From a virus, in the IMG/VR virus record IMGVR_UViG_3300019758_000005, positions 1 to 40,672 of that record: a stretch of 40,672 bases of DNA; one strand, written 5' to 3'. The position numbers and the translations under genes were made by a program. Below are positions 32,756 to 39,886 of the stretch, one piece after another (position 1 is the stretch's first letter; each line of letters starts with the position of its first letter). Below the pieces are notes generated by a model. That model made no database searches. It saw only the letters and a list, made by a program, of their open reading frames with translations, and was not told the origin of the DNA.

Positions 32756-32843
32756 CAAACATGCCTTAAAAATTAGTGTATATTGTAACCTTGATTATAC
32801 ATTAAACAATCGGTAAACAGTACCAAGTGGGTAAGGATGTGAC

Positions 32844-33197
32844 ATGGGCGACATAAGTAAGGATTTTAATAGATCGGAATTTGAGTGCAACTGCGGTGAA
32901 TGCGGGCTTGATACAGTGGACGCTGCCTTGCTGGCGCTATTACAGGATGTGCGAGACAAGTTTGGGCCGTTGAAGGTAACTAGCGGGCATCGTTGTGAGG
33001 ATTATAATAACTTTGTAGGCGGCAGTAAGAATAGCTACCACTTGCAAGGACGTGCTGCTGATATTGTACCGCTAAAGGCTGATATAATCGAAGTGGCAAA
33101 TTACATTGAATCAATCAACCATCAAGGCGGTATGGGCGTTTATGACACGTTCGTTCATCTTGATACACGATCATATAAAGCCCGGTGGAGGGGTTAA
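32844..33197 (+). CDS. Endolysin, peptidase M15 family (zinc D,D- or L,D-peptidase)
   Basis: SGHRC...NSYHLQGRAADI...FVHLD supplies the H..D..H zinc ligand pattern of M15 endolysins. Confidence 0.85.
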   Translation: MGDISKDFNRSEFECNCGECGLDTVDAALLALLQDVRDKFGPLKVTSGHRCEDYNNFVGGSKNSYHLQGRAADIVPLKADIIEVANYIESINHQGGMGVYDTFVHLDTRSYKARWRG

Positions 33198-33199
33198 TT

Positions 33200-33382
33200 A
33201 TGGAATACTTGAACATTTTACTAGCAGTAATAGGCGGTGCGTCTCTAATCCTTAAAGGCTTAGAAATGATCGCAGGCATTACGCCAAGCACTAAAGACGA
33301 CATCTATGTCAGCAAGGCCAAGAAATACGTTGGCTACGCTGCTGCGTTCCTTGAGAAGATTTCGCTTGGCTTGAAAAAGTGA
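33200..33382 (+). CDS. Holin candidate
   Basis: 60 aa with an N-terminal TM (LNILLAVIGGASLIL) and a charged C-terminus. RBS GGAGGGG. Lies between the endolysin and spanin genes. Confidence 0.6.
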   Translation: MEYLNILLAVIGGASLILKGLEMIAGITPSTKDDIYVSKAKKYVGYAAAFLEKISLGLKK

Positions 33383-33582
33383 AAACCCTAGCACGGCTAA
33401 TCAGTGTACTGCTCTCAATGTGGGAGCAGTACCAAGCCGAACGAAAGGCAAATAAACGGGCGAGGGAACTGGATGCGTTACGCAAAGAACCTGTTAATTG
33501 GTATCGTAATCATTTTGGCGGGGTGCGTGACGTGCCCAACAAAGCCGATGATGCCGATAAAGCCAATACTAAGCCCGACTGA
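33379..33582 (+). CDS. i-spanin candidate (unusually short, 67 aa)
   Basis: GTG start overlapping the holin stop (GTGA). N-terminal hydrophobic segment LARLISVLLSMW followed by a charged helix. Contains the start of the o-spanin frame. Confidence 0.5.
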   Translation: MKTLARLISVLLSMWEQYQAERKANKRARELDALRKEPVNWYRNHFGGVRDVPNKADDADKANTKPD

Positions 33583-33673
33583 ACAAGAAGACGGCTCCCT
33601 GCTGTTTAGCAGGGATGATGCCGTAAAGCTGGGGGTTTATGTTATTGAGTTGGAGTCTGGTTACGAGCCATAA
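33473..33673 (+). CDS. o-spanin lipoprotein
   Basis: MRYAKNLLIGIVIILAGC provides a lipobox (LAGC), followed by a Pro-rich mature part. RBS GAGGGA. Overlaps the i-spanin gene in another frame. Confidence 0.7.
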   Translation: MRYAKNLLIGIVIILAGCVTCPTKPMMPIKPILSPTEQEDGSLLFSRDDAVKLGVYVIELESGYEP

Positions 33674-33818
33674 ACGAAGCACAAGCCGCCACAACCTGCT
33701 CGCTTGCATCATACTTAGGTTCGCCTAAGCTTTCCTGATAACTCTGTTCATGCGTCCATCCAGTCGCGACTAGGCACAATGCTAGCGCCCATATTGCTGC
33801 TATGTTGGCGTAGGTCAT
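33642..33818 (-). CDS. Small hydrophobic-N-terminus protein (58 aa, below the track cutoff)
   Basis: ATGA coupling to the upstream minus-strand ORF. Hand translation: MTYANIAAIWALALCLVATGW... Overlaps the o-spanin 3' end by 32 nt (convergent), so it is uncertain. Confidence 0.35.
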   Translation of the reverse strand: MTYANIAAIWALALCLVATGWTHEQSYQESLGEPKYDASEQVVAACASFMARNQTPTQ

Positions 33819-34105
33819 TTTTCTAGCTCCGTTAGTAGTGAGTCTGCTAATACTTCCGACTCACTAGCTATTAGTTGGTTTGAAATTGTAGGGCCAGATG
33901 CGCATATGCCCTGCATAGCCATAGAAGCTATACGCTTACGCTCACCTTTTACAATAATAGCGTCAAGTTCTGGATCACCTGTTTCAGGTACGCCCATTTG
34001 TAGGCAGAATTGTTCGCGTTTTGTTAGGCCGTTACATATAGGTTTCATGTTAACCCCATCTATCTGCTCACCTATAGGCATTGCTGGCATATCTGCGTTG
34101 TTCAT
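33815..34105 (-). CDS. Hypothetical protein
   Basis: 96-aa track ORF, ATGA-coupled on both sides. Confidence 0.55.
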   Translation of the reverse strand: MNNADMPAMPIGEQIDGVNMKPICNGLTKREQFCLQMGVPETGDPELDAIIVKGERKRIASMAMQGICASGPTISNQLIASESEVLADSLLTELEK

Positions 34106-34449
34106 TTTAATAGCTCCGGATTTTCGTGAATGTTGCCGATGACTTTAATAAACTCACTACCTATTCCGCAATGCCTATCTGACTCTACGCTCCTCAAGTT
34201 AAAGCCAGCACCCTCAAACTTAACCAAGCATAATCCAAGCAAGTTATGGTCTACAATATCAACATCGTAAATCTCAACTCCATTTGCGTCTTTTAGGCCG
34301 GTGTATTGCATTAGATTGCACTCATTGATTTTGTAAGAGATATCAGTCCCTTGCTCAAAATAAACCTCATCATGCATCCAGTCTATAACGCAAACATCCA
34401 TGATTGTTTTTGTCATAGGATGTATGCCTTTAAACTTAATCTCTCTCAT
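34102..34449 (-). CDS. YopX family protein
   Basis: MREIKFKG start and C-terminal VIGNIHENPELLK are hallmark YopX features. Start moved to ATG 34449 (RBS GGAG, ATGA overlap). Confidence 0.75.
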   Translation of the reverse strand: MREIKFKGIHPMTKTIMDVCVIDWMHDEVYFEQGTDISYKINECNLMQYTGLKDANGVEIYDVDIVDHNLLGLCLVKFEGAGFNLRSVESDRHCGIGSEFIKVIGNIHENPELLK

Positions 34450-34667
34450 TCCATATTCTCCAATTCGTGCGCGTAGTAGTCGTCCATTAATTCGTTGTGC
34501 TCTTTCTCGGTCAGATGCCAATCAAGAAGACCGGATTCGTCATACAATTTATATTCAATCTGCGCTGGCCATTGGTCTTCTTCGTATGACCACTGAATTT
34601 CAGGCTCGTAGTGTGTAACCACTACCGTTACAGCTTCGCCTCGGATTATTGTGCTGAATTCGGTCAT
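34446..34667 (-). CDS. Hypothetical protein
   Basis: 73-aa track ORF in a coupled chain. Confidence 0.5.
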   Translation of the reverse strand: MTEFSTIIRGEAVTVVVTHYEPEIQWSYEEDQWPAQIEYKLYDESGLLDWHLTEKEHNELMDDYYAHELENME

Positions 34668-34897
34668 AGCTCACCTCGTGCTTTTGCTAGTGCCTGCTTG
34701 CATCGGCTAATTAGTAGACCATCACCATCATCATTAAAATCAGGCTGGCGCTCAATCATGGACAACGCTTCTTCTAGTGTGCTTACCAATGCATCATGGC
34801 AATTAATGGCATGGGCTGCGGCTTCGTCTTGCTCGTCACTGTATCCATGATGAACAACGTCAATTACTGGCAAATCAAAAATATCACTCATTTTCAT
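34664..34897 (-). CDS. Hypothetical protein
   Basis: 77-aa track ORF in a coupled chain. Confidence 0.5.
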   Translation of the reverse strand: MKMSDIFDLPVIDVVHHGYSDEQDEAAAHAINCHDALVSTLEEALSMIERQPDFNDDGDGLLISRCKQALAKARGEL

Positions 34898-35163
34898 GAT
34901 TTATTCTCCAAATCTGCCAACACACAAGCCAAGCTAGTCATGCAGTCATTCACTGCCTTTTCATCATAATGACGGTCGAAGTCTAGTAGCCATTCTGTGC
35001 CATCATTAAACGACATAAACGGGGCTTCGCGTTCAAGCATCCAAACGAATAAACGGTTGCCGTCGGCGCTTACGTCATAATCCACTAACATGTTTTTATT
35101 GCGGTGAATCTGGATGTCAATAACCAGTTCCATGAGCTGGCGTTGGATTAGTTCTTTACTCAT
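34894..35163 (-). CDS. Hypothetical protein
   Basis: 89-aa track ORF in a coupled chain. Confidence 0.5.
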   Translation of the reverse strand: MSKELIQRQLMELVIDIQIHRNKNMLVDYDVSADGNRLFVWMLEREAPFMSFNDGTEWLLDFDRHYDEKAVNDCMTSLACVLADLENKS

Positions 35164-35303
35164 AACAGCGCTCCGATAGCCTGGAAGTAATTACGAATAG
35201 CCTCTTTCTCGGTTGATCCTGAAACTATAACCCGTGAAAATCTATGGTTTGCTTCAATATAAACTCGACCGTTCTTACTATATGTTTTATAGGGTTTCAT
35301 CAT
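35160..35303 (-). CDS. Small hypothetical protein (47 aa, below the track cutoff)
   Basis: RBS GGAGAG and ATG 35303. Hand translation: MMKPYKTYSKNGRVYIEANHRFSRVIVSGSTEKEAIRNYFQAIGALL. Its stop overlaps the next ATG. Confidence 0.45.
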   Translation of the reverse strand: MMKPYKTYSKNGRVYIEANHRFSRVIVSGSTEKEAIRNYFQAIGALL

Positions 35304-35389
35304 CGCTCTCCTTTGAAGTGATAACCGAAGCTTAGCAAAGAAAAAAAAGGTTGCAAGTATTATTTTCCTAAATAAATGTAAAAAAATAC

Positions 35390-35417
35390 TTTACATAATA
35401 TCTGTGGGTGCTATAGT
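35390..35417 (+). promoter_or_regulatory. Sigma70-type promoter P4 (TTTACA-N16-TGcTATAGT), GGTGCTA family
   Basis: -35 at 35390-35395 and -10 at 35412-35417, preceded by GGGTGC. Its leader shares ACACACAAAAGGA with the P2 leader. Confidence 0.65.
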
Positions 35418-35455
35418 TACATTACTGAAACGAAACACACAAAAGGAAAGAGAAA

Positions 35456-35638
35456 ATGAACCAAGCACAAATTGAACTAGCAAAAATTATCGGTGACGAA
35501 GCAATCGCAACTATCGCTAAAGCACAAGGTGCAACAATTGAAGAGGTTACAACGGCAATACAAGAAGGTAATAAAGTAGTAACAGATCAATTTAAAAAAC
35601 TGATTGAACTAGGAATTAAAACGGTGGCGGCTCTATGA
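35456..35638 (+). CDS. Hypothetical protein
   Basis: 60-aa ORF, the first gene downstream of P4. Confidence 0.5.
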   Translation: MNQAQIELAKIIGDEAIATIAKAQGATIEEVTTAIQEGNKVVTDQFKKLIELGIKTVAAL

Positions 35639-35925
35639 GTCGCATTAGCTGGGGTGTTAATGGTTATGGTGAGCGCGCCTATATTTGCGAGTACTGCGAA
35701 TTGTTTTTTTGGATGGTTGATCCAAATAAAATAAAACACACCTGCGATACGTCAAAAACTAGGTATCACAATAGGGGTGTGATATGCCCCGATGCTGAAA
35801 GGGAGCGAAAATATCAAAGATTAATAAAAGCTAATAAAAACGGCGATAGTTTCGAGATTCAGGAGCATATAAGCGTTGAAGATTTCAACAAAAATGCGAA
35901 ATGTTTTGATGACCTTAATGATTAG
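35635..35925 (+). CDS. Hypothetical Cys-containing protein
   Basis: 96 aa with CEYCE...HTCD...CPD. ATGA coupling. Confidence 0.5.
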   Translation: MSRISWGVNGYGERAYICEYCELFFWMVDPNKIKHTCDTSKTRYHNRGVICPDAERERKYQRLIKANKNGDSFEIQEHISVEDFNKNAKCFDDLND

Positions 35926-35932
35926 GATGAAC

Positions 35933-36115
35933 ATGACCCAAAGCAGACAAAAGCAGTACTACAGACTAAAAAACTGGACAATGACACTTTATGACGAGAA
36001 TGGGACGGCCTATCTGGTAAATCCCAATCAGGTAATGCTAAAAAAGGAGCAACCAAATGACCCCACTAGAGCAGAAACTAACAGAACACAACGCACAGCT
36101 AAGGAAAGACCTTAA
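35933..36115 (+). CDS. Hypothetical protein
   Basis: Track ORF 35876-36115 trimmed to ATG 35933, after the upstream stop. Its 3' end overlaps the next ORF by 59 nt. Confidence 0.4.
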   Translation: MTQSRQKQYYRLKNWTMTLYDENGTAYLVNPNQVMLKKEQPNDPTRAETNRTQRTAKERP

Positions 36116-36296
36116 ACTGGCAAAGACGCAACTTGGTAACATGCGCTCGCTGTGTTCGATCCAAAAGCACGCTATTGATATTCGAGGGGCCGCTCTGGTT
36201 GAATGCCTGCCATTCGTGAAGTCATACCTGGGCGATGATCACCCAATTGTAAATAATGCCAAGGGGGCGATTGACATACAGGTTAAGCCAGGTTAA
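36057..36296 (+). CDS. Hypothetical protein
   Basis: 79 aa with RBS AAGGAG. Confidence 0.5.
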   Translation: MTPLEQKLTEHNAQLRKDLKLAKTQLGNMRSLCSIQKHAIDIRGAALVECLPFVKSYLGDDHPIVNNAKGAIDIQVKPG

Positions 36297-36331
36297 CATC
36301 AATCCTGACTTTAGATAGTCACTCTCCTTTT

Positions 36332-36361
36332 CCCGCTGCGGTTCGCCAAAGCGGGTTTTTT
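36332..36361 (+). terminator. Rho-independent terminator
   Basis: CCCGCT...AGCGGG stem followed by TTTTTT. Confidence 0.7.
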
Positions 36362-36379
36362 ATGTCTCGAATAAAGTTC

Positions 36380-36407
36380 TTGACGCGCCCAGTGGAAGTG
36401 CTAATCT
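36380..36407 (+). promoter_or_regulatory. Sigma70-type promoter P3 (TTGACG-N16-TGcTAATCT)
   Basis: -35 at 36380-36385 and -10 at 36402-36407, preceded by AGTGC. Confidence 0.65.
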
Positions 36408-36433
36408 TAGGCGGTCGATTATAAAAGGAGACG

Positions 36434-36652
36434 ATGATGAAATTCAAAGAGCAACGAGGAAACGTATTTGTATTTGATGGCGGATATGCTGGTGGTGAAT
36501 TGGAGTTAGTCGGCTCTCATGGGTGCTATAAATTCAAAGACATACATATAAACATTAACATGAGTATTTGGTGTTTTGACATAATGAAATACACCGACAT
36601 ACAAACAGCAGTAAACCTAATGCAGATTTTGATTAAGGAGGGGTTGGTGTGA
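36434..36652 (+). CDS. Hypothetical protein
   Basis: 72 aa with RBS AAGGAG. Confidence 0.5.
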   Translation: MMKFKEQRGNVFVFDGGYAGGELELVGSHGCYKFKDIHININMSIWCFDIMKYTDIQTAVNLMQILIKEGLV

Positions 36653-36798
36653 ATACCACAAAAGAGCAGACAGACTTTGATACATGGTCATTTAATCAAT
36701 GTGTTGTACTTGGGCATAAAATCAAAAGCGTAAAAGACGAATCTGGCAAGAATATATATTGGATTAATACTACTACGAACGAGGTGTATGAATTATGA
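36649..36798 (+). CDS. Small hypothetical protein (49 aa, below the track cutoff)
   Basis: GTG start with a strong RBS (AAGGAGGGG). GTGA and ATGA overlaps with its neighbours. Confidence 0.45.
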   Translation: MNTTKEQTDFDTWSFNQCVVLGHKIKSVKDESGKNIYWINTTTNEVYEL

Positions 36799-37169
36799 AT
36801 ATCACAAAAGAGCAGATTAAAGAGTGGTTGGAGCAAAATATCCCATTCACTAAGAAGGGTAATTTTATCTTAACACTAAAAGAAGGGCATGAAATTATTG
36901 AGCAATGCTTCAACGACCTAGCGCCTAAGTGGGTTAGTGTTGATGATGAATTGCCAGAAGGAAGCATGGCCCATGTATTGGTATTTTGCGAAGGTGGAAA
37001 TATAGATAAATCTTTTTACTGTACTGATAGGGAATTTCTTTCAAAAGGACTAAGCTCAGGGTGTTACAGTAGAAAAAGACACGGTAAAAATAGCGGTTAC
37101 TTTGATTTGTCGCATAAACATGGTTATAAAATAACCCACTGGATGCCACTGCCAGAACCACCAAAATAA
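36795..37169 (+). CDS. DUF551 domain protein
   Basis: WVSVDDELPEGS...VLVF...ITHWMPLPEPP is the DUF551 signature. Confidence 0.7.
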   Translation: MNITKEQIKEWLEQNIPFTKKGNFILTLKEGHEIIEQCFNDLAPKWVSVDDELPEGSMAHVLVFCEGGNIDKSFYCTDREFLSKGLSSGCYSRKRHGKNSGYFDLSHKHGYKITHWMPLPEPPK

Positions 37170-37174
37170 CCCAC

Positions 37175-37198
37175 AGCCGCTACTAAGCGGCTTTTTTA
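37175..37198 (+). terminator. Rho-independent terminator of the rightward small-ORF operon
   Basis: AGCCGC-tactaa-GCGGCT followed by TTTTT. Confidence 0.8.
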
Positions 37199-37205
37199 CG
37201 CCTAT

Positions 37206-37247
37206 AAAAAACCCCAGCGTAAACTGTAAACAGTAAAGAGGCTGGGG
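37206..37247 (-). terminator. Distal minus-strand terminator of the leftward replication operon
   Basis: On the minus strand: CCCCAGC...GCTGGGG followed by TTTTTT. The loop is large (22 nt). Confidence 0.5.
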
Positions 37248-37272
37248 GCGTATTAAGCGTATTCTAACACAT

Positions 37273-37302
37273 AAAAAACCCGCCTTTCTTTCGATTGGCG
37301 GG
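37273..37302 (-). terminator. Proximal minus-strand terminator of the leftward replication operon
   Basis: On the minus strand: CCCGCC-12 nt-GGCGGG followed by TTTTTT. Confidence 0.7.
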
Positions 37303-37445
37303 TAAACCTGAAATTTGAGGTGGTTAGTTCCAATATAGAACCATCTATAGCCTATGGTTTGTATTGCCTAGGCAGCTGTCAAGGGCCGCCTAGATTCGCT
37401 AACTAAACCGAAGAGATGATTCAGTTAGATATTACATCAACAAGC

Positions 37446-37670
37446 TTAATTGATCTGGTTACTTAATGCAACCACTTTTTCAACAAACCTACGCAAACGA
37501 ATATTAGCCGCTCGTCTTGCTGCCCCTGCTTTCTTGTACTCGACTGGCTCAAGGTCATAAGCCTCTTGCCATGTGCGTTCATAGCCTTCGCGGGCTTTCT
37601 GCTTATACTGGATAGGTAAGCGGTTCATTTGCTCTTGTATCCACTTTACATCCAGCTTATGCACGCTCAT
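37446..37670 (-). CDS. Hypothetical protein
   Basis: 74-aa track ORF, the last gene of the leftward operon. Confidence 0.55.
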   Translation of the reverse strand: MSVHKLDVKWIQEQMNRLPIQYKQKAREGYERTWQEAYDLEPVEYKKAGAARRAANIRLRRFVEKVVALSNQIN

Positions 37671-38097
37671 TCAAGTAATCCTCAAACGCAAGCATTGCAC
37701 CTTCCCAGCCTAGGGCGACACAACCAAAAAAACCCAATTCTATTTGGGTTTCTAAAAAATCAATCTGGTCATCGCCTATTTTTGATTTAGTGTGATCCTT
37801 TCTTTTTAGTTCACAATAGAAAGAGCCAATCACAATATCGCTTGCACCTGGTACCATTCCTTCCATCTTTTCACGTCTTACCTGTTGAGCTGTCTTCTTG
37901 CCTTCATTTCTAATATGCGTGGCAATCTTTCCCCATGTATCAGGGTACTTTGAGCGGATAGTATTAATGAACGTAATTTGCTCGGCTGACTCTTTGGGGC
38001 ATTCGCCCCTGTATGACGTATCCCCATATACGGGGACGGTTTTAGGTAGTTTCAATGTCTGGCTCCTTATCGGCTGGCAGGTTGTGTCCGAAGGCAT
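37657..38097 (-). CDS. VRR-NUC domain nuclease
   Basis: GMVPGASDIVIGSFYCELKRK ... QIDFLETQIELGFFGCVA fits the PD-(D/E)XK VRR-NUC pattern. The true start may be TTG 38055 (RBS GGAG). Confidence 0.7.
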   Translation of the reverse strand: MPSDTTCQPIRSQTLKLPKTVPVYGDTSYRGECPKESAEQITFINTIRSKYPDTWGKIATHIRNEGKKTAQQVRREKMEGMVPGASDIVIGSFYCELKRKDHTKSKIGDDQIDFLETQIELGFFGCVALGWEGAMLAFEDYLNERA

Positions 38098-39886
38098 TGT
38101 AATATTTCTTTGCCTTGTTTCTTTGGTAAGTTATTGTTCTTGGTGGACAGCCTTTGTCTTTGTTTTCGATAAACATATCGACAGTAGGGCAAACCTTACC
38201 ATTAAAGTAGGCTTTGCTAAAGTCTTCGTAGAGGTTGCGCAAAAACTGGATATGGCTATCAGGGCTGTACCAAATATCAAAGGTGGCGTATTCCGTTACA
38301 TAAGTTGCCTTTAAAGTCTCATTACCAGCCTTTGATATATGCTTTACCAGCGCAAATGCTTTTACCTCGTCAGTGCTGCGCGTGTGCGGATCAGCTTTCA
38401 TGCGCTTGAATTCTAGTTGTAGCTTTTCAGAAGGGTCAACCAGTTCGGCTTTGCATTCTTCGCAATACCTTGCAGCTATATCATTTTCATGGCCGCACTC
38501 GTGGCATTCTTTTATTGACCAGCGATGTTCACAGCGATTAGAAACGCCTTTGTGCAGCGAGTACCCAAAGCACCGACGCCCATAATGAGCCGGGAACGGC
38601 GTGTCATTTTCCGCCATGATCTTATTGCCAGCTAAATCAATAAAATCCCCGTCTCCGTCAATGCCAAATTCATCAGGGTTTTTACGCATACCGAAAGTGT
38701 TGATTGTCGAGCAAAGTGGACACGGCACATCCATTGGCTCGCCTTTTTTGTTATGCCTAGCTTGGATGATTGGCGAGAATAAATCGTCCTCCAGTTGGTG
38801 GCGCTCGATATTTCCCGCGTAATCTAAAACCAAGCAATCAGATTTTTCAGGGTGCAAGCGCATTCCACGACCAATGATTTGCTGCAAGAGGCTGGCTGAT
38901 TCGGTTGCGCGCAATATTGCGATAACGTCAACATGGGTAAAATCTACACCTGTAGTCATTGTTGCAACATTTACTAGGTACTTGTATTTTCTATCTTTGA
39001 AGTCATTAACAATCTTCTGCCTTTCTGCCTTAGACATATTTATGTCACCGCCAATAATTCTACTATTATCCTTTGGCAGGGATTCCATGCACTCCTGAGC
39101 GTGCTGCACGGTTGCCGCGAATATCATTACTCCCATTCGTCCAGAGCTGTGTGCTACAACGTCTTTAATGATCTCATACGTTTTGCGACCCTTACCCTCA
39201 AAAACTTGCTCATATTCTTTTTCAGTGTGGCGTTTAATGCCACTGGTATCGTAGCTTTCAGCGTGATTGGGATCGGCGTGCGGTTGCGTTAGAAACCCCT
39301 CTTTTATTAATTGATTTGCTGTAATATCATAAACACATGTATGAAAGTACGGGTCTTTTGTTTGATCTTGATCAACTGGACGACCATCTGCCCAATATCG
39401 AAAAACATAGCCATCGTTTAATCGGTAAGGTGTAGCAGAAAGACCACAAACTCTAATGCTTGGATTCCCCTCCTTTAGATCTGAAATAACTGTTTTAATA
39501 GTATTTGTAATCTTATGGCATTCATCAATAATTACACCAGCGAACTCGTGCCCCATTCTTTTTGCTATCTTTTTAAAGGTTCCTTCTGTAGCAAAAACAA
39601 CTTGATGCCTTAATGATTTTCCTATCGATGCGCTATATATTGAGCATTCATAGCCAAGTGCTTTATATTTTTCTGCATTCTGCTCTACCAATTCTTTTGA
39701 TGGGGCTAAGCACAATATACGCTTCCCTCCGCTTAGGTCATGCAAGGTCTTTGCAATCATGGAAATTATTATGCTCTTGCCTGCACCAGTTGTCGCTGAG
39801 ATTAAGCATGGCTCAATAGACTTCCTAAGCCAGCTCATAACAGAATCATGCGCTTCTTTTTGGTAGTACCTTGGTGTTATCTTCAT
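38042..39886 (-). CDS. SF2 DEAD/DEAH-type DNA helicase with C-terminal zinc ribbons
   Basis: YYQKEA, Walker A ATTGAGKS, DECH box (VIIDECHK), helicase-C motifs (QIIGRGMR), then CPLC and CHECGHEN...YCEECK. Confidence 0.85.
   Translation of the reverse strand: MKITPRYYQKEAHDSVMSWLRKSIEPCLISATTGAGKSIIISMIAKTLHDLSGGKRILCLAPSKELVEQNAEKYKALGYECSIYSASIGKSLRHQVVFATEGTFKKIAKRMGHEFAGVIIDECHKITNTIKTVISDLKEGNPSIRVCGLSATPYRLNDGYVFRYWADGRPVDQDQTKDPYFHTCVYDITANQLIKEGFLTQPHADPNHAESYDTSGIKRHTEKEYEQVFEGKGRKTYEIIKDVVAHSSGRMGVMIFAATVQHAQECMESLPKDNSRIIGGDINMSKAERQKIVNDFKDRKYKYLVNVATMTTGVDFTHVDVIAILRATESASLLQQIIGRGMRLHPEKSDCLVLDYAGNIERHQLEDDLFSPIIQARHNKKGEPMDVPCPLCSTINTFGMRKNPDEFGIDGDGDFIDLAGNKIMAENDTPFPAHYGRRCFGYSLHKGVSNRCEHRWSIKECHECGHENDIAARYCEECKAELVDPSEKLQLEFKRMKADPHTRSTDEVKAFALVKHISKAGNETLKATYVTEYATFDIWYSPDSHIQFLRNLYEDFSKAYFNGKVCPTVDMFIENKDKGCPPRTITYQRNKAKKYYNAFGHNLPADKEPDIETT

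Noticed and set aside
37368-37393. The hairpin and non-coding stretch at 37303-37445, considered as an attP core or tRNA fragment.
   Set aside because: No integrase, excisionase or CI-type repressor was found in any frame. No tRNA-like cloverleaf or TpsiC-arm (GTTCGAATC-type) sequence is visible.
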